A DNA stretch of 63,608 nucleotides, the filler included, from Octopus bimaculoides (lineage: Eukaryota): NCBI RefSeq assembly GCF_001194135.2. It is 5 parts of 4 records of this genome, joined end to end, with 100 filler letters (N's around TTAATTAATTAA, not from the genome) between each part and the next. Parts side by side here need not be neighbours in the genome. Positions count along the whole stretch, not along the records: positions 26,679 to 45,026 come from NC_068988.1; 4 more parts are not named here. One strand, written 5' to 3'. Positions 26,679 to 38,624 of the stretch are shown here, piece by piece. The notes beneath the pieces were generated by a model, which worked only from the letters and a program-made list of their open reading frames with translations, was not told the DNA's origin and made no database searches. How positions within the stretch are numbered: position 1 is the stretch's first letter; each line of letters starts with the position of its first letter. Made by a program: the position numbers and the translations under genes.

Positions 26679-27879
26679 GAATTAGACTTTTCTGTTATAT
26701 TTTCTCTAATGAACTGGAATACCTATGATTCGAATTTCATCAAAATTGCAGATGAGGGTTCTTTCCCTCTTTACACACTCTAAAAAAATTCTAATCATGA
26801 CACATGTATCCCATACTATCGATCTTTATGTGCAGAATCCAAAATTCCAGTCTTATGGAACCTGTTAAAAGGATTTTGCTCCTGAAAAATGGATGTCATG
26901 GAGCTCTAAAATGTGGGAGTTAAGGCCCCTATTGGGGGTGGGTGTCTTAATATCAACCAGAGAAGTTGAATTGTTGAGAATCTTTTGAACTTATATGTCT
27001 TGTTTGAATTTCTTTGAAATAGGAAATATATGTATGTTCACTGTGTTTGTAAAAGAGAGCAAAGCTACAGGAAACCAAAAGATGAATGATTGCAATAAGT
27101 AGTCAGCTACCCTACTCTAGTTGTTACTACTCCCCAATATAGGATTCCTCACCATACAGGTGGCAGGCACAGCCGTAAGATGCATTACGGATCTATAGCA
27201 ATTGGAAGGGCGTGACCCAACTCAAATATTAACAACTGTTTGACGTGACGGGTAAGGGGAAATAAAAGTGTCACCTCCGGAGTTTGCAAATGACCACTAT
27301 ACCGATAGGTAACTGGACAGAATAAATTTAATAAATTTACAATCTATAAATGTCTTTCGATAATCAGTCACTCATCTGGGAAGGCCTTGAAATCAATGTT
27401 ACCATCAGGGGACTATGTGTGACCATTGTGATAATAAAAAGACTCAAAGGAGGTCTGCGACCAAATAACTTTACTGAACACTTTGCAACTGAATCAGTAG
27501 AGGCAAAGATGCCTCTCATTTAGTTGACAATTTATGCACCACATTGCAGAAATCACAATCTAAGTATATCTCAAAGCAAACTCTTACACTGTTGTACCAT
27601 TGAATTGCAAATAACGCTCATCTTTTATGCTCAGGTGACCCTACAACTTCCAAGAGTACAACTGTATTCGTCTTTGCTTGGATAAAATGACTAAATTGTG
27701 GGTGTTCAGTCCGCATGAAGGGGTCTTTGTAACTTCTAAGAAGATGAAATTTTAGAAATATTACTTCATTTGTGTCTAATATCTATGGTTGAAATGTCAT
27801 CAACATCGAAAATTTATGAATTTTCATGGAGGTTCTGCCCCCTTTAAGCCATCTCAAATTCAAATCAGCCATACTTATG

Positions 27880-28078
27880 CATTGAATCTAAGTTCCAAAT
27901 ATCATAAGGATCCATTCAGTAAGTTTGGTCCATGAAATTGTATGAAATACAACATTACCCTTCTCCCTAGGCTTGGATTTTGTGTTCCAAATTTCATTAG
28001 GATCGATGCAGTAGTTTTCGAATGTATAACTAACACACGAATACACATAAAGACATTGACTTTTATATAATAGATATG
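27880..28078 (-). mobile_element. Helitron-like non-autonomous repeat, 5' end
   Basis: Reverse complement starts (a)TCTATTATATAAAAG...gatcctaatgaaatttgg, with an internal duplicated module. Confidence 0.45.
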
Positions 28079-28100
28079 AACATGCACATATACATGCATG

Positions 28101-28189
<89 letters not shown>

Positions 28190-28284
28190 TATATATATAT
28201 ATACACACACACAGAGAAAGAGATAGATTGATAGATACAACTGAGTGGGCAAGCAAAAATATGAAACACTGCCTAGTGATTTTT

Positions 28285-28592
28285 TTTTATTTTGATAAAC
28301 CTGGTACTTATTCTATCAGTTTCTTCTTGTCTAACCAGTAAGTTATGGGGATATAAATAAATGAACAGCAGTTGTGAAGCAGTGATGAGGGAGAAACACA
28401 GAGACAAAGACACACACATATATACATACATATATATACGATTGATTTCTTTCAGTTTCTGCCTACAAAATCTACTCACAATGCTTTGGTTGGTCTGAGG
28501 CTATAGCAGAAGACACATGCCAAGTCACCACACAGTGGTACTAAACCATGTGTTTTGGAACCAAGTTTTTTACTACACAGCCACACCTGACC
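28285..28592 (-). mobile_element. SINE family B (tRNA head + CORE-like body)
   Basis: Reverse complement caggtgtggctgtgtagtaaaaaacttgg...cttggcatgtgtcttctgctatagcctcagaccaacc. Confidence 0.8.
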
Positions 28593-29706
28593 CTATGTAT
28601 GTGTGTGTGTGTATGGGTGTATATATGTATGCATGTATATATGTGTATATATATATGTGTACATATTACATGTACAACTATATATATATACATCTACACA
28701 TATACATGTATACATATACATCTATATCTATATATATATACATGTATATATATATACATGTATATATATATANNNNNNNNNNNNNNNNNNNNNNNNNNNN
28801 NNNNNNNNNNNNNNNNNNNNNNNNNNNNNNNNNNNNNNNNNNNNNNNNNNNNNNNNNNNNNNNNNNNNNNNNNNNNNNNNNNNNNNNNNNNNNNNNNNNN
28901 NNNNNNNNNNNNNNNNNNNNNNNNNNNNNNNNNNNNNNNNNNNNNNNNNNNNNNNNNNNNNNNNNNNNNNNNNNNNNNNNNNNNNNNNNNNNNNNNNNNN
29001 NNNNNNNNNNNNNNNNNNNNNNNNNNNNNNNNNNNNNNNNNNNNNNNNNNNNNNNNNNNNNNNNNNNNNNNNNNNNNNNNNNNNNNNNNNNNNNNNNNNN
29101 NNNNNNNNNNNNNNNNNNNNNNNNNNNNNNNNNNNNNNNNNNNNNNNNNNNNNNNNNNNNNNNNNNNNNNNNNNNNNNNNNNNNNNNNNNNNNNNNNNNN
29201 NNNNNNNNNNNNNNNNNNNNNNNNNNNNNNNNNNNNNNNNNNNNNNNNNNNNNNNNNNNNNNNNNNNNNNNNNNNNNNNNNNNNNNNNNNNNNNNNNNNN
29301 NNNNNNNNNNNNNNNNNNNNNNNNNNNNNNNNNNNNNNNNNNNNNNNNNNNNNNNNNNNNNNNNNNNNNNNNNNNNNNNNNNNNNNNNNNNNNNNNNNNN
29401 NNNNNNNNNNNNNNNNNNNNNNNNNNNNNNNNNNNNNNNNNNNNNNNNNNNNNNNNNNNNNNNNNNNNNNNNNNNNNNNNNNNNNNNNNNNNNNNNNNNN
29501 NNNNNNNNNNNNNNNNNNNNNNNNNNNNNNNNNNNNNNNNNNNNNNNNNNNNNNNNNNNNNNNNNNNNNNNNNNNNNNNNNNNNNNNNNNNNNNNNNNNN
29601 NNGGGTCGATTCATTCGACTAAATCAAAAACTCTTCAAGGCGGCCGCAATTTAATGACCGAAACAATTAAAGAATAAAAGATATGTCCATGTGTACAGAT
29701 ATATGT

Positions 29707-29760
<54 letters not shown>

Positions 29761-30279
29761 GCGCATGCACACGTATTTTGGGACGGTGGTAGTTTTTTCA
29801 TATCGGATCTTTTGGAAAGATGACCTGGCGATCTCATAGATCTGTGCTCCTTAGAAACAAGCAATAACTAAAAACTGAAAAACAATGAGGGGCGACACTA
29901 TATTTTGAGGCACTGATTCTGATATCAGGTCTGAAATTACATGGCATTAGAACATTTTTGGTGTATATTTTCAACTGATAGTTTCTGGTAATCTTAGACG
30001 TTTACAGAAGACTGAAGTAGTACATCGACTTATTGGATTTTCTTTCCTACAATATAATTCGTCCTAATACGTGAAACTCAATTGTCCTCGAAAAAAGCGT
30101 AACATTGACAGAAGATAGTTTTCTTCCCCGCTACCCACAAAAAAACAAACAAAAAAAACCGTTAGCGCTTTATGAAATGATGTTAAGAAAGATAATAAAT
30201 GTCTCTAAAATGAAAGCTAATCAACGGTTCGATGTAAGACAAATTACTGCTTGACTAACTGATGAGTTATTTTTTATTC

Positions 30280-30648
30280 TTTTATTTGTTTCAGATATTT
30301 GACTGCGGCCATGCTGGAGTACCGCCTTTAGTCGAACAAATTGACCCCAGGACTTATTCTTTGTAAGCCTAGTACTTATGCTATCGGTCCCTTATGCCTA
30401 CCCGCTAGGATACGGGGACGTAAACACACCAACATCGGTTGCCAAACACAGACGCACAAATACACGCGCGCACACACATATATACGACAGGCTTCTTTCA
30501 ATTTCCGTCTACGAAATCCACTCACAAGGCTTTGGTCGGCCCGAGGCTATAGTAGACGACACTTGCCCAAGATGCCACGCAGTGGGACTGAATCCGGAAC
30601 TATGTGGCTGATAAGCAAGCCACTTACCACACAGCCTCTCCTGCACCT
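30280..30648 (-). mobile_element. Near full-length SINE family B (tRNA-like head, CORE-like body, TG tract, 3' tail)
   Basis: Reverse complement caggagaggctgtgtggtaagtggcttgc...ttgggcaagtgtcgtctactatagcctcgggccgacc...ctccagcatggccgcagtcaaa. Confidence 0.9.
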
Positions 30649-30965
30649 ATATTAATTAGAATTAGGAAATTTTGTCCATGGAGAAGATATCGAAGTGGAA
30701 TTACATTTAATACAGGTTAAAAGATGTAAAGATTTTTTTACAGGAAACTGATCTTGGAATGATTGTAAGACGTTCTATCTGCTGGAGGAATTGCTGTCTG
30801 AAAATCTGCTTAGTTGAATTTGGTTTGTGAAGAATAGGAGCGTTTGATGATAGTCGGTAAATGACGCCATAATGTAAATGTTAGCTATTCAGAGCGCTTT
30901 AATGAGTAGAATCAATAGAAATAAGTGGAAGAACAAAACACGAAAAATATTTAAGTATTACATAC

Positions 30966-31079
30966 CTGAAACCTTCTGTGTTGACTTCTTGGAAAAGAAA
31001 ATACCAAAGTGAAAACGGTGAATGCAACCACCAGAGCAAGAATGTTTTGCCACAGGTATACTGACTTTTGTGTTGGCAT
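30966..31079 (-). CDS. Candidate first coding exon of a secreted or signal-anchored protein: MPTQKSVYLWQNILALVVAFTVFTLVFSFPRSQHRRFQ
   Basis: ataATG start, 38 open codons, 15-residue hydrophobic core ending VFS|FP, strong phase-0 donor CAG|GTATGT. Confidence 0.5.
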
Positions 31080-32129
31080 TATTAAATTTTGATTTATTTT
31101 TGGGGAAAAAATAAGAAACGAATCTTATCTTGACTTTTAGAGCGAAGAACAGATATTAAAATTCAAGAACCGGAGACATTATGGAAAAAATGGTGGTATT
31201 CGATGACTACATTTGATGGTCCGTTATCTACAGGAGTTCATTTGTTTATGACAGTTACGTATTTTAAGCAGTTTTTTAAAGGAGTAAATGTAAGCGAAAA
31301 CAACGAGAAGCCAATATTCTGGGTGTGAAACTGTTGGTTTTACACTGGTGTAGGTTGACGTTTGACAACAAAGGTGTGTATAATACATTCTTTAAGTGTT
31401 GACAAACCATCATGAATATACTAACAATGCCAAACCTATTTCAGTGTCCAAATACCAAAGGATTTGTTGGCAAACACACTTGTTTGCATCGAATTAATTA
31501 ATATAATTGCTCATTAAATTTAGAGAAAAACCATATGTATTTACAAGAATATCTACAAAACTGGAATTGCTACAAACTTTGACACTTCAAAGAAAGACTC
31601 ATAGCAAAAATTTAAACTTCGGAACTCTATTAACTAGTAGAGTTCCAATGTTCAAATCTTTACCACGAGTCTTTCTTTGAAATGTCAAAGTATTGCGATG
31701 TTACTGTATCACCATATTTCTTCTACATTGTCTTTGGATTAATTTATCGATGACATTTTATACTGACCTTTTGGCAAACTTTTCGAAAGTGAAAATCACA
31801 TTTATTTCACTATCTTGTATTATTGGCTTATTTTTGTGGTGGTTGATTAACTCTCAGGTCAATCTTATCAAGCTGACATATGATCAAAGGTGTTCCAACC
31901 ATGTTGGCATGGACATCCTGTTTTTACTCAGATATAGTGAAATTAAGAACAGAGTATTGAATGTGTCCTTCTTCAAAGACAGTAAAGTGATTTGAGGGCG
32001 TATTGACGTAGGATCTCCTCCTTGGCTTTCATTTGCTTATTGGTTAAAAGAAACCAGTAAATCACCCAAAATAAGCCGTAATGGTTTTCTCTATCCTCTA
32101 TCAAATTTAAATCTAATCTGAAACCCTTG

Positions 32130-33344
32130 GTGTAGGCTAATAAGTGTTCTGTGCCGCAGCTGTGTAGAACTAGTCATCATCCAATTGCTGCTGTACAGAA
32201 AGTTAAGAGGAAAAAGGAAATAAAAAGCAATGGAATGGTATCTAAGAAGTGAACCAAAAAAGCGAGGATTCGAGGAAAGTATGCTGAACATTCGGACCTG
32301 AGGTGTGAGTATCTAAACCCAATGAAGAACAGTTAATAGGCAAAGTATTGTGTATTAGAAATGGAAAATATCTTCTTGACTTAGAAATTGAAGAAATACA
32401 GAAAAATGTCAAATAAGAAACTACAAGAACCAACATATCAAAACTAGGTGGATGAAAACAACTCCTCTGAGAATCAAGAGAATGTAATCATTGTAGCCAG
32501 CCAGGAGAATTCAGTGCTGGCATTTGAAACAAGGGCAAAAAGAAGCGTGCAAGAAGAAAGGGAATTTGATAATTTGGTGGACATAGTATTGGTGAAGACC
32601 AACTAAAAATCTTTGAAAAACAGACAGAAATTAAAGAAACCGAAAGTTCTATTGTCGGTTAATCTAAGAATAGTGAATCCCAGTGTGATTAATAAGATTT
32701 TCAGTGAAAATATTAAAGGTATCAACACATTGATATCAGCTGATGCTAACATAGTTGCAGAACTGTTAGAAGAAAAGAAAGAGCAAAAGAAGGACCAGCA
32801 GGTGTCCTGATGGAATAGGTAGATACTAATGAAGATGGAAAAGGCAGATATAGTGAAAGATATAAGTGAATTGGACCAGCTGGCAAAAATCATTTCTCCT
32901 CATTGATATGACCGTCCCAATCGACATAAACGTATCTGTCAGGACCTACCAAAAACTGAGCGAGTATAAATATCTTGAAATAGAAATTAGCAAAATGTGG
33001 AACCTCAAGAATAAAACAATACCTGTTGTCATAGGTGCCCTTGGAATGATAGCAAAAGGGTCTGATTGCTATCTAGCTCAGATACCAGGAAACCCCAAAA
33101 TGGCAGAAATTCAAAACATAGTGCTCGTGGAAACTGCCCATATCCTACGTAAAATACTGTCTATGTAATCTCAAATTTTAAGATAAACTCATGATTTTCT
33201 TATGTATTCTTAAACATTCTCTAGAATCAAAACCAAATATAAGACACCCTAGGCATAAGACCAACATGAACTTCTAACTTGTTGTCTCTTGAAATCTCTG
33301 GGTGAGACTTGGAGCCAACTTTTACAAATACAAAGCAAAAGTCA
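32130..33344 (+). mobile_element. R4/Dong-like LINE, internally deleted (N-terminal domain joined to REL endonuclease and 3'UTR)
   Basis: WYLRSEPKKRGF..ML / LDLEIEEIQK N-terminal motifs, then LIDMTVP.D.N....QKLSEYKYLEIEISKMW..PVVIGALG..ETAHILRK*, and a 3'UTR ending gcaaaagtca; RT is absent. Confidence 0.8.
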
Positions 33345-33357
33345 AAAATATAATAAT

Positions 33358-35655
33358 ATTTATTGATCACAAGGGCTTACATAAACTTACATTAAGAGAC
33401 AAACGACAACATAAAAGACAAAAAACAGGACGATACAATGGGTTTTTACAACGTGTAAACAATATAATAACAATTACAATTAAACAATTTAAAACTTTCA
33501 TTGGAGAGGCACATTAAGGATCTCGTGAAAAAACCCCACAAAATTCACGGGTGCCTGAACAACAGGGCAAGAGCCCTTCTCCTTTTGTTTACAAGTGCAC
33601 GCTCAGAATTGGTCCTTTCACACTGGCCATTCTTCCAACAATCTCCCATCGTTCAACGAACTTGCGACAATGCAACACTTTCCTCTCCATCATCAACTTC
33701 CTTTTCAAGTGAAACTTGAAAAAGTTGATGAGGGCTTGGCCAAAGAGGAAAGTGAATGTCTTTAGCCCTTTCAAACGGATCCACCATACCACCTCTTTCG
33801 CTACAGCCACTAGACAAATAAAAATCACCTTCCACTCCCGGCCAAAAGAGGGCGATGGGCCAATCTTCACAATAAATTCAGCTGATAGCCAGATTCGTCC
33901 TTCACGATGTCGAAGGTGTTCGACATAAATCCATATGTCAACAATACTCGGGCAATGGACTAGGGCGTGCAGAACGGTTTCATCATTCTGGGCACACCTC
34001 GGGCAGGCTCGGCTGACGGCACTCGAACGGGCAGCGCCCCTCGGTAGCACTAATAGGCAAGTTTCTGGAAGTTATTCATAGCCCAAGGCACGAATATTCT
34101 CCGAAATATACCGGTTAGTTAATCTTCATGTCCAGATTTTCCCTGAGAACGTCGTCCCACTTTCTTTCCACTAGCCCTCTATAGAACGCTAGAGTAGAAC
34201 TACCACCGACCGTTGCCCGCCTGGCGGTGGGCTGTGAGCACTTGACGGCACTGCCCATATCTTGCCCACCGTCAAGGAAACGCTGGAGATGCTGCAACCT
34301 ACCCAGCCTTCCATTCAGCGGCTGTTGACAGCAGACGGACCGCCTGACCAGAGGAACGTGCCACTTCCTCAGAAACCGGAAGAGTAAGAGCACCAGCTTC
34401 GTCATCCAGCAAACAGGGCAAAGAACAACAGTTAAGCGGTAATAGATGACGGATGCGATATATGCATTCGCCACCTCCACTTGACCTTTCAGATACAGCT
34501 TTCTCCCGGCCCACTTCTGGGTGAGATTGGCTACCCTGCTCGTCACCTCACCCCAGTTCTTCTACACCTGGGACACCGGACCAAAGCAAACTCCGAGCAA
34601 CTTAACGGGACCGTCTGTTCAGCGCCCCACCACGCTATTGGACGGCATGGGCTTGCCTCTCCAGGTGCCGAGTTGTAAGCCCACTGACATTTCCGTGTTA
34701 ATTTTAGCTCCTGTCACCGCTTCATATTCCTGTAGTGTTTTGCCAATCCGGTCTATATACCTGTGACTCGACAATATGACGGTGACATCATCAGCGTAAG
34801 TAGACACACTTCTCCCACATCCTACATCATACGGCACACCCATCAAAGCCTCCAGCTCCTGCAGTAATGGCTCAAGAGTCACTACATAGAGATGGGAGGA
34901 GAGAGGGCACACTTGATGGACCAAACGCGAGATGCTGAATGGCTCCGAGAGGTGGCCATTCACCCGAACAACCGAGCAGATGCCGCTGTACGAAGCAGCG
35001 ATCTAACCGCGGAAAACTGGACCGAAGCCGGCTGCCTTGAGGACAGCCGCCCAAAGCTATAGATTGATCTAAATTGATCAGAGCCCCACCCATGCCAGCT
35101 TCGTTACCCACCCTCTCTATGATGTACCGCAAAAGATGGAGGTTATCGTGAACACTCCCGGTTGGGATGGCGCAAGTTTGAGCCTCGCCAACCAGTTTGT
35201 CCACGACAAGCACCATCCTCTTGGCTAACACTTTGGCCAGAATCTTCAACTCTGCATTGAGCAGAGTGATGGGCCAGAAATTCTCTATAATTTCCCCCTT
35301 GTTTGGGTCCTTTTTCAGCAGAGCCACTACCCCTCGACAGACAAAAGTGGGAATTCTTCCATTTTGCTGCCAGCTGCAGTAGACGGTTGCTAAGAGGCCC
35401 GCAAATAAGTCTGGCATCGAAGTATAAAACTCGTAGGGCAGACCATCCAAACCCGGCGATTTACGTCTCGTGCAACTCTTCATCGCTTCCTGTATCTCCG
35501 CGGTTGTTATCGGCGTTTCGCAGCACTCCGCTTTGCTCATCGAGAGTGTGACAGGTCGTCCAGGTAGACACCGAAGTCTGCCTTTTTATCCGTCCTACCA
35601 TTCGTCCCGAACAATCGAGCGAAGTGCCACGGAAATGCCACACACATCTGTTTCG
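33358..35655 (-). mobile_element. Tx1/L1-clade LINE, 5'-truncated (RT + zf-RVT + 3'UTR)
   Basis: KSPGLDGLPYEFY, PITLLNAELKILAKVL, STYADDVT (~34780-34805), CPRCAQNDETVLHALVHC; frameshifted. Confidence 0.9.
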
Positions 35656-36699
35656 GGCCGCTGAATGGAAGGCTGGGTAGATTGCAGCATCTCCAGCGTT
35701 TCCTTGAAGGTGAGCAGGTGTGGTCACCGTTTGTAAGACACGCTTTTCCACATCTCGTCTCTTTGACTGAGTTGCAATCCTGGATTAGGCGAAAAGCAAA
35801 GAAGGGCGCTTGGCACCTAGAGCGCCGTCAAGTGCTCACAGCCCACTGCCAGGCGGGCAACGGTTGGTGGTAGTTCTACTCTAGCGTTCTATAGAGGGTT
35901 AGTGGAGGGAAGGTGGAACGACGTTCCCAGGGAAAATCTGGACATCGATGAAGATCAACTAACCGGTATATTTCGGAGAATATTCGGGCCTTGGGCTATG
36001 AAATCACTTGCCTATTAGTGCTACCGAGGGGCGCTGCCTGTTCGAGATAAATTTTACAGGCATAGAAGTGCAGTCAACCGGGCCTGCCCGAGGTGTGCCC
36101 AGAATGATGAAACCGTTCTACACGCCATAGTCTAGTGTCTGAGTATTGCTGACATGTGGATTTATGTCGAATACCTGCTGTCGCGTGTAGGACGGATCTG
36201 GCTATCAGCTGAATCCATTGTGAAGAATGCTCCGCCGCCATCTTTTGGCCGGGTGGGTAAGGCAATTTTTATTTGTCTAGTGGCTGTAGCGAAAGAGGTT
36301 GTATGGTGAATCTGTTGCAAAGGGCTAAAGACATTCACTTTCCTCTTTGGCCAAGCCCTCATCAACTTTTTCAAGTTGATGATGGAGAGGAAAGTGTTGT
36401 CTTGTCGCAAGTTCGTTGGAAGAATGGCCAGTGTGAAAGGACCAATTCTGAGCGTGCACCTGTAAACAAAAGGAGAAGGGCTCTTGTCCTGTTGTTCAGG
36501 CACCCGTGAATTTTGTGGGGTTTTTTCACGAGGTCCTTAATGTGCCTCTCCTATTGGGAGTTTTAAATTGTTTAATTTAAATTGTTATTATATTGTTTAC
36601 ACGTTGTAAAAACCCATTGTATTGTCCTGTTTTTGTCTTTTATGTTTTATGTCTTTTAATGTAATTTTATGTAAGCCCTTGTGGCCAATAAACGAATGA
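35656..36699 (+). mobile_element. Tx1-like LINE 3' fragment, inverted relative to 33358-35655, with (TTA)n tail
   Basis: Reverse complement of ~33360-34325; AATAAA at 36687-36692, then (TTA)n 36700-36765. Confidence 0.9.
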
Positions 36700-36765
<66 letters not shown>

Positions 36766-36766
<1 letters not shown>

Positions 36767-38622
36767 TATGTTTGACTTTTGCATTGCATTTGTACAATTT
36801 GGATCCAAGTCTCACTCAGAGACCTCAAGAGACAACAAGTTAGAAGTTCATGTAGGTGTTATGCCTAGGGTACCATATATTTGGATTTGTACATAGTGTT
36901 GTTCTAGAGAATGTTTAAGAAACCATAAGAAAATTATGTGTTTGTTTTAAAATTTGAGATCACAAAGACAGTATTTTACGTAGGATATGGGCAGTTCCCA
37001 TGAGCACTATCTTTTGAACTTCAGCCATTTTGGGGTTTCCTGGTAGCTGAGCTAGGTAGTAATCAGCCCGTTTCGCTGTCATTCCCAGGGCACCTATGAC
37101 AATAGGTATTGTTTTAGTCTTCAGGTTCTACATTTTGCTAATTTCTATTTCAAGATCTTTATATTTGCTCAGTTTTTGNNNNNNNNNNNNNNNNNNNNNN
37201 NNNNNNNNNNNNNNNNNNNNNNNNNNNNNNNNNNNNNNNNNNNNNNNNNNNNNNNNNNNNNNNNNNNNNNNNNNNNNNNNNNNNNNNNNNNNNNNNNNNN
37301 NNNNNNNNNNNNNNNNNNNNNNNNNNNNNNNNNNNNNNNNNNNNNNNNNNNNNNNNNNNNNNNNNNNNNNNNNNNNNNNNNNNNNNNNNNNNNNNNNNNN
37401 NNNNNNNNNNNNNNNNNNNNNNNNNNNNNNNNNNNNNNNNNNNNNNNNNNNNNNNNNNNNNNNNNNNNNNNNNNNNNNNNNNNNNNNNNNNNNNNNNNNN
37501 NNNNNNNNNNNNNNNNNNNNNNNNNNNNNNNNNNNNNNNNNNNNNNNNNNNNNNNNNNNNNNNNNNNNNNNNNNNNNNNNNNNNNNNNNNNNNNNNNNNN
37601 NNNNNNNNNNNNNNNNNNNNNNNNNNNNNNNNNNNNNNNNNNNNNNNNNNNNNNNNNNNNNNNNNNNNNNNNNNNNNNNNNNNNNNNNNNNNNNNNNNNN
37701 NNNNNNNNNNNNNNNNNNNNNNNNNNNNNNNNNNNNNNNNNNNNNNNNNNNNNNNNNNNNNNNNNNNNNNNNNNNNNNNNNNNNNNNNNNNNNNNNNNNN
37801 NNNNNNNNNNNNNNNNNNNNNNNNNNNNNNNNNNNNNNNNNNNNNNNNNNNNNNNNNNNNNNNNNNNNNNNNACCTTCATTGTTAATGCTAGCTGTAGAA
37901 GTCCACGGCCTCCCTCTTTTCTTGGCAGATAAAGACGTTCTATATCTGCCTTAGGGTGGTGCATTCTATGCATTGTCAACAGTTTTTGTATTTTTCTGTC
38001 AACATTACATATTTCAGTAATTGACCAGTTAACGATATTGAGACTGTAAGTCACGACTGGTATGGCTAGAGCATTGATCGCTTCGATCCTGTTTCTTGCG
38101 TTCAGCTCTGTCTTCAGTATTACTCTCACCCTGCGATAACATTCTCTTCTGATCCTTTCCCTCATCACTGAATGCTTGATATTTCCCCCTTCAATCACCC
38201 CTAGGGATTTGTAGCTCTCCGCTGGTTCTAACTCTTTTATGACATTTTGCTGCTCAAGGTTCACATTAGGTGTTTTTGTCATTTTTCCTTTAATAAAGGT
38301 AGCTTTTGAACATTTATCAAGGCCAAATTGTATCCTGATGTCATCACTGAATTGTTTAACAATCGCTAGTAGGCCTTTGAGTTGTTAGTCATTTTTTGCA
38401 AAGAGCTTTAAGTCATCCATGTAAATGAGATGATTTATATTTTTATCAAATATTTTATAACCATACTGTGCATAATTGAGCAATTTTGAGAGAGGTATTA
38501 AGGCTAGACAGAAGAGGAGTGGTGATAGTGAGTCACCCTGGAAAATGCCACATGAAATTCTTACATCTCCAGCATTTAGAGATTCATTGTCATTGTTCAA
38601 CGTGAGTGTGGTTCTCCATGAA
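36766..38622 (-). mobile_element. R4/Dong-like LINE, 5'-truncated (RT + REL endonuclease, part in gap)
   Basis: GIFQGDSLSPLLF, YMDDLKLF (38412-38423), HHPKADIERLYLPRKEGGRGL, QKLSKYKDLEIEISKM, same 3'UTR as 33170-33344. Confidence 0.9.
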
Positions 38623-38624
38623 AT

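Noticed and set aside
30560-30648. tRNA-like sequences at SINE heads
   Set aside because: They continue into SINE bodies and lack a full cloverleaf, so they are not tRNA genes
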